The notes below the pieces were generated by a model, which did no database searches, was not told where the DNA came from, and saw nothing but the letters and a program-made list of their open reading frames with translations. This document shows, piece by piece, positions 29,689 to 44,182 of a DNA stretch of 64,000 nucleotides. The position numbers and the translations under genes were made by a program. The DNA is from the human T2T-CHM13v2.0 reference genome, Homo sapiens. Location: NCBI RefSeq assembly GCF_009914755.1, contig NC_060926.1; one strand, given 5' to 3'. Positions within the stretch are counted from its first letter, which is position 1. The number at the start of each line of letters is the position of its first letter.

Positions 29689-30091
29689 TATGATGATTGA
29701 TTTTATGTGTCAACTTGACTGGGCCACAGGGTGCCCAGACATTTGGTCAAACATTATTCTTGATGTATCTGTGAAAGTGTTAACATTTGATTTTGTAGAC
29801 TGAGTAAAGAAGATGTCCCTCCCCAGTGTGAGTGGGCTTCATCCAACCAGTTGAAGACCCAAATAGAACAAAAACGCTAAATAAGAGGGAACTCCTTCAG
29901 CCTAACTGCTGGAATTGGACATTGGTGTTTGCTTGCCTTTAGACTCAAACTGAAAAATTGGCTCTTCTTGGGTCTTGAGCCTGCCAGTCTTCTAACTGAA
30001 TCTTACACCATTTGCTCTGCTGACTGCAGGTCTTGGAACTTAGCCTCCATAATCATGTGAGACAATTCCTTACAATAAAGCCATCTATCTG

Positions 30092-30147
<56 letters not shown>

Positions 30148-30197
30148 TCACCCACCCACATATATATCTCCTACTCTGGAGAACCCTGACTAATACA
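29689..30197 (+). mobile_element. Solo ERVL LTR, older MLT2 (B/C/D) family
   Basis: TATGATGATTGATTTTATGTGTCAACTTGACTGGGCCAC...GAACCCTGACTAATACA. Perfect TSD GAGGC at 29684-29688 and 30198-30202. Confidence 0.9.
30083..30147. repeat. (TATC)n / GATA tetranucleotide microsatellite within the MLT2 LTR
   Basis: About 12 perfect TATC units plus imperfect flanking units. Confidence 0.97.
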
Positions 30198-31127
30198 GAG
30201 GCCTATCTAGATGGCTGCACTGCTGGGAACCAGGGTTTGAGGGAGAGACTATAGATAGTTCCTGTGCTGGGGTAGTTTTCCTGTGAGGTTGGATCATCAA
30301 AGAACCCAAAAAGCACTCTTTGAGAGTAGACACCTACCACTTCCAAAGTCAGATTGTAATGTCAAGAAGATTCTTCTCTTTCCCACTAATTCTTCTTCAC
30401 CTCTGCAGCTGACTAAGGAGGAACAAGAAACAGCAGCTAAAGGACAAGAAAGTAAGGGAAGATAGGAAGAGAGAATGGAGAAATTTTAAATTAGAAGTGA
30501 GTTTTAGAGTTTGATATTAAATTACACTGAACATTTTAATATCTGTAAGTCATCAGAAAAGACATGAAATTTTCTCCAGTTTTCTCCCAGGTGGGAAGCA
30601 ATGATTCATGGAGTGGGATTAAGGCAGCAGTGGTGAGATAGAATAAAATTGCTTTCTGCTTGTAGCTTTGAAGTACAATTTAACACCATGGTTACATTTT
30701 TATTGCATGAAGCTGTTCCTTTGACTCAAATGACTGAACGAATGAAAAATGGAACACAACTTGAATGGATGGCAATTAAATTTTGCATCCTACTAATTTA
30801 TATTTGGTATAAAGATGGCATTCTTGACTAGTTCCTTGAGTAAAAGAGAAGCAGAGAAGTGGTTCTGCAGAGGGAAAAGATTGCAGCAGATCAGTGTAGA
30901 GAAGCACAGTTGAGACACAAAGATGAAGACTTGTCTTCTGATGGCTTCAAGTTCCTGTTTTCAGCCTTAAACTGATATTGGTTCATGAGATACTGTATCC
31001 TTCCAGTAAATGCATCTTTTTTTTTTCCTTAAACTTGTTGATTTGTTACCTATTACTTGTAACCAAGAGATATGCTACCAATACAGACAGGTACTACTCT
31101 CATTTTACAGATAATCTGAATAAGCTC

Positions 31128-31501
31128 TGTATTAGTCCATTCTCATGCTGCTATAAAGAACTGCCTGAGAATGGGTAATTTATAAAAGAAAGAGGTTTAA
31201 TTGGCTCGCAATGCCGCATGGCTGGGGGGAGGCCTCAGGAAACTTACAATCATGGTGAAAGGGGAGGCAAACACATCCTTCTCCACATGGTGGCAGCAAG
31301 GAGAAGTGCTGCGTAAAGGGGGAAAACCCACTGTAAAACCATCAGATCTCAGAGAGCTCACTCACTATCACCAAAACAGCATGAGGATAACTGACCCCAT
31401 GATTCAATTATCTCCCTCCAGGTCCCTCCCCCCACACTTGGAGATTATGCTAACTACAAATCAGGATGAGATTTGGGTGGGGACACAGCCAACCCATATC
31501 A
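31128..31501 (-). mobile_element. Solo MaLR LTR, THE1C/D-like
   Basis: TGTATTAGTCCATTCTCATGCTGCTATAAAG...GATTTGGGTGGGGACACAGCCAACCCATATCA. No convincing TSD. Sits in a MIR-like fragment. Confidence 0.92.
31400..31410 (-). promoter_or_regulatory. DUX4-type double-homeodomain motif in the THE1 LTR
   Basis: TGATTCAATTA is the reverse complement of TAATTGAATCA and fits TAAYBBAATCA. Motif match only. Confidence 0.6.
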
Positions 31502-31599
31502 GAATCAAAGAGAGCAGAATTACCTGTGGATACATAGTAGAAATGATATATTCAGAAACTAGAGAGCAGTCATTATGATGCTACTAAAACTTGTCAGGC

Positions 31600-32870
31600 T
31601 ATATTGTAGATACTGATGATATAACAATGAACAAAATAAAATTTGTGTAGAGTGTGAGAGAGAGAATGATGTCTTTAAGATCTGGGGCTTGAACCAGTGA
31701 GTGAATGAATATGCCAACTACTGAGATGGGGAATGCTGAGACGGAATGGGATTTTTGGGGGTGGACAATCAGGAACTCTGCTTTTGTCAAGTTGATTTTA
31801 AGATGTTTATTAGATGTTCAAGTGGAGATGGATATGAGTTAGTTACAGAGAGTGTTTGGAGTTGAAATTAGCTGATTGGGAGAATCTTGATAATATTTAA
31901 AGCCATGCAACTGGATAAAATTATGTAGAGAATGACTAAAGACAGAGAAGAAGTTTCTAAGGCACCCCAACAGGTGGAAATTAAGAAAATGAGTAAGATC
32001 TAGCAAAGGAGACTCAGGGAGTACACACAGTGAGGTGGAAAGAAACCCAGAAACTAAGTAAAGATAGGAGATACAGATGAACTGTATCAGTGACTAAATG
32101 GCTGCTTCTAGGTGAAATAAAGTAAAAACTAGAAAACTGACCATTGGATTTGGTGGTGTGGGTGTCATTAGTAAACTTGACAGGAGTAATTTCAGTGACA
32201 ACACATGCAAAGTTGGGTGAGAAATTACAAACTGTAATTTGTCTTTTCATACACTTCTATCTTGGAACTATTGAGATCGAGGAACTAAATTGGATGTCTT
32301 GATTACTGAAATTATGTTCCAAGACCTGTCTGACCAAATGTTTTTATATCAAGCCATATAAAGTTCTAGATCTCTGATATAAACATTGTTATTGTGTTTA
32401 AATAAACAAAGAGATTGATCATAAATATTTATGAGATTGTAATAGGCATAGAAAAAATTATTTACCAGAAACAAAAGGTTTCTTACTAGCACTGAGAAGG
32501 AAGAGCGTCTTTTTTTGGACTCCCGCATTTCCCTTATATAAACTCGGGTTTTCAACTGTCCTCTGACACATATAATTGTCTGGCCAAGCCTGATAGCAGT
32601 GGGGATAAATCTTTGATTAGAGATGGTTCAAAGAGAAGTGAAGGAGAATGGTGCCATCATATAGACTTTTTTTGAGAAATTTTTGTTATGAAAGGGAGCA
32701 GAGATTCGGTCCAGTAATTAAAGGAAATTTTCAGGTCATGGAAGTTGTTTTTAAGATGGAAGATATTACAATAATCTTTGTGTGAGGATGGACATGATGC
32801 ACTAGAAAGAGAAATATTGATGGATGGGTACAGTGCTTGCCTTGGCCCCACAAAGCCTATCATAGGAGCT
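31600..32870 (-). mobile_element. L2 (ORF2 C-terminal region), interrupted by a ~390-bp insert
   Basis: Minus ORFs KAEFLIVHPQK...FPISVVG...VQAPDLKDII and EITPVKFTNDTHTTKSNGQFS resemble L2 ORF2. L2-like sequence resumes at ~32594. Confidence 0.8.
32201..32593 (+). repeat. Local duplication, copy A (derived)
   Basis: Colinear with 35252-35641, ~87% identical by manual count. Confidence 0.95.
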
Positions 32871-33564
32871 CTTCCAATGGATATCAGCTATGTATCTGGC
32901 CTAAATCCAACTGACCTGCAGCAAACCACATCAATAGATTCCAAGGATGTTGGAACGTGATGCTGCTATTGAGCGAGTTCAGTGCAGCCATCTGCCCAGA
33001 CTTCAGGAATTAACCTGAAAATACCTTGTATTTTCATTTTTATTGATTAATATTTTAATTAAGAATAAATTAATTATCCAATAGTAGCTCGTATTAAAGA
33101 GCCATGCTCCATCACTTTGTGTCTCTTTAATACAAGCTACTACTAGAAAATTAGTGTATTATTTTTAGTTTGGTGATTAACTACAGTAGATCATCAAAGG
33201 TCTCCTTTTCTTAGGAATCTGAAATAATCATTATGCTTATGAGATAAGTGTGTATGAGAGTGATTTGAAACAGTTTTGGTAGTCACATTACAAAAGACTG
33301 ATATGTCAGTCCTTCGACACATATTTTCTTTCTAGTGTTCCTTCTCCAGCCTAAAATTAGTTCATGTTTTATATACCAAGAATTATAGCATGGAAAATGC
33401 CAATATTAACTAAGCTAGAATTTGGTTTTATTGGTGAACTAATCCTAAACCACTCCATGTTCTAGATAATCTTGGTCTTCAGAAACTCTATATTGATATG
33501 AGACCAAATCCCTTACGTGGCTTTTCATGTCCCGATTCAGTGATCTCTAGTTGGCTACCTTCAG

Positions 33565-33860
33565 TTTTTTTTTCTTTTTTTGAGATGGAGTCTCACTCTG
33601 TCGCCCAGACTATAGTGCAGTGGTGCAATCTCAGCTCACTGCAACCTCTGCCTCCCGGGTTCAAGCAATTCTCTGTCTCAGCCTCCTGAGTAGCTAGGAT
33701 TACAGGTGCCCACCACCACGCCTGGCTAATTTTTGTATTTTTAGTAGAAACGGGGTTTCACCATCTTGGCCAGACTGGTCTTGAACTCCTGACCTTGTGA
33801 TCCACCTGCCTGGGCCTCCCAAAGTGCTGGGATTACAGGTGTGAGCCATTGCGCCCAGAC
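33565..33860 (-). mobile_element. AluS (Sg-like)
   Basis: Full dimer with polyT. TSD TACCTTCAG. Confidence 0.95.
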
Positions 33861-33874
33861 TACCTTCAGGTTTA

Positions 33875-34219
<345 letters not shown>

Positions 34220-35251
34220 AGAAGGTATATACCTTCCCATTTTCATAAATCCCACCATTTTCTATTATGTCATCTTTGGCTGTGTCATGTAGTTGTGGTT
34301 CCTGTTTAGTCCACATAGGCATTTGATTTCATGACCTTTGCATAAAATGAAATAATCTACCGAGGTTTGCATTTTTCCTAGCAGGAAAAAACATTCTATT
34401 CAGATAATTCAACTGAAGAGAATACATTCAGGTATTACTTAAGACATGAGGGTAAGAATAAACGACTGAAAAAAAGAATGATTAAGTGCTCAGAGGCTGG
34501 AAACAGAGGGAGGCCGTTACCATCCATAGGCCTGAGGGCCAAGAGGAGCAAATAGTATCCCCAGAGCCCAGAAGGTGTGAGAGCTGTGGAGGAGGGAACC
34601 ACAGTGCTGAAATGGGGTCGGGGTACTCAATTCCCCTTTTCTCTGCTTTAAGATCTCCCTCCTATTGGGAGTCACACCTAGCCAGAAGCCAGTCCAACAA
34701 GGGAACACCAATGCAGCTCATAACGGTGAGCTGCTTGGGACCCAGAGGTTACAAATGGGGAAAAACAAGTCTGAATGAAACACAAGCTTAAGACACATGC
34801 TCACAGATATTCACAGGTGTGTGTGTGTGGAAGACCACTGGACAACTTTGCCATTGAGAATAATCTGTATTTCCTGAATTCGATAACTCTGTATATGTTT
34901 AAATCCTAGAGATTTCAAACTAATAAGAACCAGAAGGTATCTGCCATACACAGTGCCCACAGTATGAGCTGACGCTGAGAATTCAAAAGAGCTGAAACTC
35001 TACCTTACTTACATGGAGGTTTAACTGCTGATGCAACTCCTGAGGTTCTAGCCCAGATCAAACCAGAGGAGCCTTGTCTTGTTCTGGCTGATGGTGCTGA
35101 ACTGGGCAGCTAAATTTGCCCACCTCAGTGTGCCATTTGGTTTATTCCAGAATCTACCTGGTATTTCCAGGTTTGAAGGATCACCCAGGACAGGGCTAAT
35201 ATCATCTGGAACAGTTCCTCCTTACACTGAATTTTTACTCTTTAGACCTAG

Positions 35252-35641
35252 AAACATACAAAGTTGGGTGAGAAATTACAAATTGTAATTTGACTTTTCT
35301 ACAGTTCTATCTTAGAACTATTGGCATTGAAGAACTAAATTGGATGTCTTGATTACTGAAAGCATGTTCCAAGACCTGCCTGATCAAATGTTTTTATATC
35401 AACCCATATAAGGTTCTAGAGCTCTGAAATAAACATTGTTATTTTGTTTTAAAAAGCCAAAGGAATTGATCATAAATATTTGTGAGATTCTAATAGGCAT
35501 AGGAAAAAATATTTACTATACAAAAGGTTTTTCATTAGCACTGAGAGGGAAGACAGTCTTGTTTTGGACACTAGCATTTACCTTGTATAAACTTGGGTTT
35601 TCAACCATCTCTGACACATATAATTGTCTGGCCAAGACTGA
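35252..35641 (+). repeat. Local duplication, copy B (probable source)
   Basis: Colinear with 32201-32593 and embedded in sequence with no repeat I recognise. Confidence 0.95.
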
Positions 35642-36029
35642 GAGTTTTTGCCAAACATTGCTTACTTGAATGGATATTTCTTACAGATTTCACAAAATTC
35701 AATACATTCTTTGTTACCATCTTGTTTGCAAAGCAGGAATTGTCCCAGAGCTATTACGCCTCCTGGTTAAATTGGAGAGTTCAATAGTTTCTCTGATCCA
35801 ACATCCTAAAGGCATCCCCTTGGCGGCGGATGTGCTGCAAATGTTCCCTAATGAGTTAACATCTAAGTTATGCTTTATCAATTAGTCTTGCTATACGTGA
35901 CCCTCTTGTGAGTATAAAAAATGTTTTCCAAATTCACTGGTACATCTAAAGGAAGATTGTTTTTGTTTTGTGGATGCAAGATGTCAGCGGTGTGAAAGGG
36001 GGAAATCACATATCAGTTTAACTCTGTAA

Positions 36030-36351
<322 letters not shown>

Positions 36352-36665
36352 TGGTTTTATTTTCTTAATCTGCTATTTGAAGAAATCATTTTAAAAAAAA
36401 ACCTACACTAACTTGAAAGTCTATATTAGATGTTATTATTCAATGTGACCCTTGGGTGCATTTGCCAAAAATAAGTTTGATTTTCTACATTTGCAAATAC
36501 GCTAAAAGTAGGAAAATTAAACCATCCATCTTTTATTATAAACTTTCATTCACTAGACATGTGTAATAGGCAAGGTATGAGCACACGCCTGGTCTCCAAC
36601 TGCCTGGTTTCTGATATGCATTCATATAAATGAATCCCAATGGCTATATCTAAGGAGAATATTAA

Positions 36666-37011
<346 letters not shown>

Positions 37012-38199
37012 GGCTCCTGAACACTTTTAACCACATCTGAGAGAGTTTAAAGAAAATATTTACCTACTTTGGAAAAGAATAAAGGCTATTATTCATACTC
37101 ATAGACAATCAGCTGAGCTTGCTATAATTTCTGCTGAGAGCAATTATGTTCCAGATAAGAATATTTTTATATGCAGAGGCCTAGGTTTAAGTCAAAGTCA
37201 GTAAGTCGATATAGGAATGAATATACAAATTCTGCGACTAACTTAAAGGCAAAACTCTCTTGCCCAATTTCCAAGCAAGTTCCATGAGACACTGGAGTAA
37301 GCAGCTGTCCACTTTATTCTGGTGAGGGATTTTTCCTGTTAAAGAACTTTGTCATTAGCTACTGTAGTTTCACCCTCCCCATCATGCCTATCTGGAGCTT
37401 CTCTAATTAGGCTTCTTTCTTTTTTTTTTTTTTTAAGGTTAAGACTGTGAGCTTCCAAAAGACTAATGCACCATGTAGATATGTCCCAAGAGAATGACAT
37501 GCTGAGCCATTAGTTGCTCATCATACAATTAACCCAGAGCAGTGGATCAGCTTGAATGGTTATCACCCAGTAGGGCCCAGAGAAAATAGGACACCTCATT
37601 TGCATGGTTTGATGTGAGAAATAGAAGAGAGAATTAGGGAATAAAAAAAATTGAAATACGGGAATAAAGGGGAACGCAGGTCTTCGTGGAGAACTCCTAA
37701 GAAGCTTATAAACCAAATTGAGTAACAAAACCACACATACAGAATTACATTAAAAAGTGGCCCAATTAAGATTTTCACCTCCTCTCTGCCTTGTAACCCT
37801 TCCTGTCATTTCCTTGTTCCAGGGAAATCTGCTTTTATAATTTTAGCAAAGGAGGAGCTTTTCTTATCAGTCAGCCTGAGAGAGTTTCCCCACATATTTT
37901 GGGGAAATTCACAATTGATTACCTACTTGGTACATGGCATTAAATTTTTTATTATATTAATGTTTCTTTGTGAATAGTTAGACTTTCCTTCTTTAAGATA
38001 GGCTGCTTTCATGACTGACATCATATAATCTACCTGTCACTCTCCTCATGGCTCTCAATCCTGCTCAGGACCAGAACAACTGGCCATTGCCTAAGAAAAA
38101 ATTTCAGGGCCATGGAAAATGCCCCCCATCCCTCAAATTTTGAAATCTAAATTTCTGGTCCAAGGGTTTAGTGCAGATCTTGTGTCATTAGGCCTTCTT

Positions 38200-38543
38200 C
38201 TCTGGGCTCTCCTCCTGGTGGCAGAATGTTTGCCAATGATGCTAGGCAGACATCCTGGTCACTCAGTAATCCCAACAGAATGAAGACTCCCCTTCCACTG
38301 TTCTAACAAAAGACTCAGGGTGGCATTGACTCACTGATCTCACTTTATCATCTCTGTGGCAATCACTATGTCCGAATGAATGCAATAGTTTAATGAATAT
38401 GGCCTGAGTCACATGCCCATCTTTGAAGTAAAGGATGGAGGAACTTCCCAAATCTTAAGGATTGAGAGTGAGAGAGGAATAGTTCCCAAGGAAAACCGGT
38501 TGTCATTACCAAAAGAATACAAGAGTAATGGATGTCCACTATA
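38200..38543 (-). mobile_element. Old MaLR LTR (MLT1J/K/L-like) fragment
   Basis: GGCCTGAGTCACATGCCCATC...GTTCCCAAGGAAAA...TTACCAAAAGAA...GATGTCCACTATA. Confidence 0.55.
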
Positions 38544-39212
38544 ACCTTGTGGCTTAAAAGGGCCTTCCTCCTTTTCTTGTAACCTAGTGGTTTAATTATA
38601 ATGTTTTTTTTTTCCTTAGTTGACTGATTAGAAGGTGAGAAGAAAATTTCCTGCCTCACCATTTTTCCAGTGTGTCAAAAAGACAGCATGCTCTTAATCA
38701 CCCATTGGATGAAATATGACATTTTAATGACAATTCCAGGTATGACTCCATCATAGTTAGTAAATTTTAACCCCTGTGCTATTTATCACTTTTCTACACC
38801 AGCCTCAAATGACAGCCTAAAAGGGCAACTGCTTGTTAATTTTATAACTTGCAGCAAATAGAGGCACGAGAACTTAAGAAATAGGAATTTGTCTGAGAAG
38901 GCCAGGTTGTCATCTGTTTCTCATCCTCATGTGGAGTCAGATGGGTATTTTTGACTAACGAATCTCCATGAGCTAAGTGTGAAGCAGTGTGGGCCAAACA
39001 GAACCCCTGAGAGAGTGAGTTACCACTGGCACAGACTCCCCGACAGGTGTGCTGAGTGCTGAGACTGGACGCAGCAGGCTCATGGACTGTTGTCAGTTTC
39101 CTGCAGTCATATCACATTGCTTTTCTTTTATTAATTGCTAAAATACACTATAAAATATGGGGTTAAATAAAAACATCCTAAACATTATTTTTATGGCAGT
39201 GCACACTAGCTA

Positions 39213-39686
<474 letters not shown>

Positions 39687-41832
39687 TCAAGACTGTAGTT
39701 CAGCAAGAATGTAGCACTGTGCCTCTACTAGTTGTTTAGAGCCTATGTCCATTCTGATTGGGTTGGAGATCTTTATAATTCAGTGCCCATAAAATACTAT
39801 TATAAAATATTTTTATATGACTTCTGCCTCTTCTTTACAGGACACTCAACAAGAAATGACTTAAATCTGTTTTTCTTATGCACTGATTCTCTCTTAAGCC
39901 TCTTTTATATCAAGACTGTATCTTATTTCCCATTATAACACTAAGGGGTTTCTGATTCGTGCTAAGATGTTAATGGCCCCTTGTGATGCTTTACCAAGGA
40001 TATGAACCGTGAAGAGGTAATGTCTGAATCCAAAGACTTTAGTCACTAATGACAGCTGATAATGTCAGGCACAATGGCATGTGATATGAAATACTTTGGT
40101 TTCAGAGACTTCCTCTTGCCCTTCCAATCAACTCAGTCATCAAGGCCCTACTTTTCCAGAACACCATCCTTGCTCACCTCTTGTTTCTCCCTCCTGGTGC
40201 TTCTGTGATCCCTCTTCAGCATTAGAAAATGTTGCACCCATGCCTGTGATGATCAGAGAGACTGCAGCTGGCTTCCCGGTGGACGGAAGACGTCCCATCT
40301 TACATGTTATGGACAAAAAGATCAGACTAAAAAGATGAGAATTAACACTTGCATTCTGAAGCATATTTACTAAAAATTAATTTTAAAAGCCAGGGTCAAA
40401 CTTGTGTATTTATGAAGTTGCATAAACTCACCCTTTAAATCTAAGAAAATGTCCGTCTATGAAATGTAAAGTATTTTAAAACTGCCAGCTGCCTCTCTGT
40501 CTCTACCAATGAACTTTAGCCATTTCATTACTGTCAAATGCACACAGAGGAGCATAAAAGGTTGGTTTTAGAATAGCTGCTTGAGGATTCTTAGATATAA
40601 AGGAGGGCTTTTTAAAATTTTTCACCATTTTTAAACAAACCATGGGTACTCAGGTTGAATTCAGTGGACATCTTCTAGAGCCACAGGACAACTACTAAGC
40701 TCTCGAAAATGAGGGACAGAGCTGCCTGTTAGCTTCGCATTGCAAATGGTCAAAATGGTATATAAATTAAATGAGTGTTGGTGTTAACACATCAGAGAGC
40801 TACATAGCCTTTGTTGATAGACAGTGTGGCAGAAGCTTTGAGGAGTGGGTGGGAGCTCACAGCAATGGCAACAACAACAGTGACACCGTAACACAGAACC
40901 CTAAAGCACGGGAAGAGCAGCCTTGTATTATATTGCTGTGGGCACCTGGGACCTGGCTCTGGGTCAGTTTTGGAAGAAGAGCGGGTGACTCTTGACTTTT
41001 GGACTTCACCCAAGGGAGGAGAGAATCAGCTTGGAATGAAAGGTTGTCCACAACCTCATTACAAGTGTATTCATCACTGGTTTCCTACACACAATTTTAC
41101 TTAAGCAAAAGTGCTCTGTTCAGTGTCTTCTGAGGCCACTTTCTGCTTCACCTCAAGCCTCCCAGTCTCCTGTCCACAGGCTTCAGTCTTAACTGTGGGA
41201 AATCCAGTGCAAAATTCTTCTTCTATGGTGGCCTCCCAGAACATAATCCGCTCACATGGCTATAGTGTTTTCTTCCTCTCAAACATGATACTTAAGTCTC
41301 TACCGTATATTCCATTGCATCCCACTATTTCCCAAACTCTAGTTGTTCCTGTAACACTTTTGTAATTGGTGCCATTTCAAGAACGATCTGGGGCAGTATT
41401 TACTTAAAAAAATTGAAATTGGACTCACTTTTTAAAAATTTAAATGAAGTAATTTTAAAAGAAAACATTATACCACTGCTGAAAATGGAAAAGCATTTCA
41501 CTTGCCATAAACAGAAGGTATCCATGGAAATAAATACAACTGGAGCCAAACAACGTAATTAAACCCTAGCTGCACCCTGGGCCAGCCTGGGTCTCTCCGC
41601 CTGAGGCTTGTTCTCTTGAGATTGCAAAGGGAGATGAACCAAGTATGAGAATGATATTAGACACCCTCAGATGAAACTGAGGTTTTCTTCTGAAAGCAGT
41701 CAGGATGGAAAACAGTGGCTTTCTAATGTAATATTATTTAGTGTTTTGCTCTCGTCCAGCCTGAAAACATCCTGCATGCCACATAGTACACATCCCACAC
41801 TTGAGACTCTCATCTTAAAATGCATTCCCCTA

Positions 41833-42017
41833 ACATCATACACTGGGGTCTGTCAGGAGGTGGGGGACAAGAGGAGGGGGAGCATTAAGACAAATACCTG
41901 ATGCATGTGTGGCTTAAAACCTAGATGATGGATTGATAGGTACAGCAAACCACCATGGCACATATATACCTATGTAATAAACCTGACGTTCTGCACATGT
42001 ACCCCAGAACTTAAAGT
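41833..42017 (+). mobile_element. Very short 5'-truncated L1PA8-10-like 3'UTR insertion
   Basis: GCTTAAAACCTAGATGATGG...CAGAACTTAAAGT. Perfect 16-bp TSD AAAATGCATTCCCCTA (41817-41832 and 42018-42033) at TT/AAAA. Confidence 0.93.
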
Positions 42018-42851
42018 AAAATGCATTCCCCTATATTCCCAGTTACATTTATGCATGTGTTTAATATCTCCCACTAGTTAGTAAACTCTCTGATGATAAG
42101 ATTGGTACTAAAGGTCTTAGCTTAACTTAATTACTATGTGCAAGTATCTTGATCCTAAGGGTTAGTTAATAAGTAGGGAAATTGATTAGAAAGATAAATA
42201 GAATAAAAATACCCTGATATTTCTTATTGTGATTTCATCTCAATCAGCAAAGCCTTACTGAGCAACTATTTAGTGTTAGATGCTGATTAGGTGTTGATGA
42301 TGTGAGCACTGGGCATACAGTGGTGAATCAACAGAAAAGAAGAAGAGGAAAATTCCATGAGATCCTGGAAATAATAAGATAAATGGGTATCATGAACCAT
42401 AGATCCATTTTGGGGTTTGACATATGACCCAAATCTTATTACAGTGCTAAATGTATTAAACTAAATCCAGAAGGAAATTACTTTACCAGAATGAAAAAGT
42501 AGGATGTCAGATCTTAAAAGGTCAGTGGATGCTTTATTCAGTTTACCAAATAGTGCTAAAAAGTTGCTCATTGGTCACTTTCCTTTAGGGTTCTTGCATT
42601 AGGGACCTTCAGCTTATTCTATGACAACACATGATCATTAAGAGGGATTTATTTGGAAATAAAAAACAGAGACATTCCCTAGCCATTTTTCAGGTGAGCT
42701 ATGTTTTTCCATCTGCAAACTAAGAACTCCTGGGTTGCTGGATCACAGTGATGGCAAACACGTGCACAATGCTTACTAACTACCAAGTGCATTTTCAGTA
42801 TTTTAAATATATATGAATGAATCAAATCCTCATAATGATTCTAAGAGTAGG

Positions 42852-43434
42852 TATATTCATTTTCCATTGCTTCCATACAAATTAGCATATGCTTGGCAGC
42901 TTAAAACAACACAGATTTATTGTTTTACAGTTCTGTAGGTCAGTAGCTTGAGTGGGGCCTCACTAGGTTAAGATCAAAATGTCTGCAGGGCTGAGTTTCT
43001 TTCTGGAGGCTCTAGGGAAGAATCCATTTCCTTGCTCATTCATGTTTCACAGAATTGAGTTTCTCGCAGTTGTGGGACTGAGGTCTCCATGTGCTTGCTG
43101 GTTATCTGCTGAAGGCTGTTCTCAACTTCTAGAGGCTACAGTCCTCGGCCAAGGCCCTCTTCTTCCATGTTCATGCTTTGAACCTCTCCTGCCTCTTCTT
43201 TTCATTGCATCTTTCTGCCTTACTCTTCTGCTTTCCTCTTGCATTTTGAAGGAATTGTGTAATTAGATTGGGCCCACAGAGGTAATACAGGATCATCTTC
43301 CCATCTCAAGGTCCCTTAACCATAGTCTCATCTGAAAAGTCTCTTTTGCCATGTAAGGTAACATATTCACAAATTCTTAGAACTAGAGTACACATGTTTT
43401 GGGGTGGGAGGGGGGCATTTTTCTGCTGATCACC
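42852..43434 (-). mobile_element. Solo MaLR LTR (MLT1D/E-like) inserted in a MIR
   Basis: GCTTAAAACAACACAGATTTATTGTTTTACAGTTCTGTAGGTCAG...CTGGAGGCTCTAGGGAAGAATCC...TTGCCATGTAAGGTAACATATTCACA. Confidence 0.85.
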
Positions 43435-44029
43435 GTCAAACGCTATTGTTACCATCCTTATTTTTCTAGCAAGGGCTACTCTTTGAAATAATGAGAAAAT
43501 GGCTGTTTCTCTTTGTTCTTTCTTTAGTTTACAATGGCAGGGCCCTCTCCTACCAAATCCACTTTCAAGAAGAATCTGACATCAGATGTTTGCACTTAGT
43601 TTGGCTACACAACAAGGTATGACCTGTTTCAGAAACATTTGCATTAGAATACGTTTGTAATTAAGAAATTAAAGACATTCTCCTCTGGCAGATAGACTTG
43701 AAACAGTGGTTTTATTAGAGGAGTTATTTTTGCTTTCTAATTACTTCCTATTAGCAGCCACATATTCCATCTATACTGTGAGTTGCCCCAGTGAGTTCTA
43801 AAGCAACAGAGACTCACTTCATTCATCCACCTGACCCAGGACCTATGAGGGAGCATGAATGAATCTCTCCACCCTCCTGCTTTTATCCGTCTCCATCCTA
43901 TAGATGTCCCTTGGAGTTTCATAATTCAGTGTCTCAAACCCAGATGGTGAAGCTCAGGAGGGAGGCAGCCTTATTTGTTTGGTTCCTCACCATGTCTTCA
44001 GCACTAAGTACAGAGCTTATCCTGGAAAA

Positions 44030-44182
44030 GGGTTGTAGGCAGCTCGTGACATAGCTCCCAGTGGTGCCCAGATTTCTCATCCACAGAAACTGTGGGTTCC
44101 AATACAATAAAGGGATATGGATATGGATTTTAAGCCACCATGGTATAAGTTACTTGTTGTGCAGCAACAGGTAACTAATACA
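44030..44182 (+). mobile_element. MLT1 LTR 3' fragment within an L2 3' end
   Basis: CCACAGAAACTGTG...TTTTAAGCCAC...GCAGCAACAGGTAACTAATACA. Confidence 0.65.

Noticed and set aside
34330-34790. Possible ancient LTR fragment (and a possible hAT fossil at ~41310-41810)
   Set aside because: Too diverged to assign a family or termini by eye.
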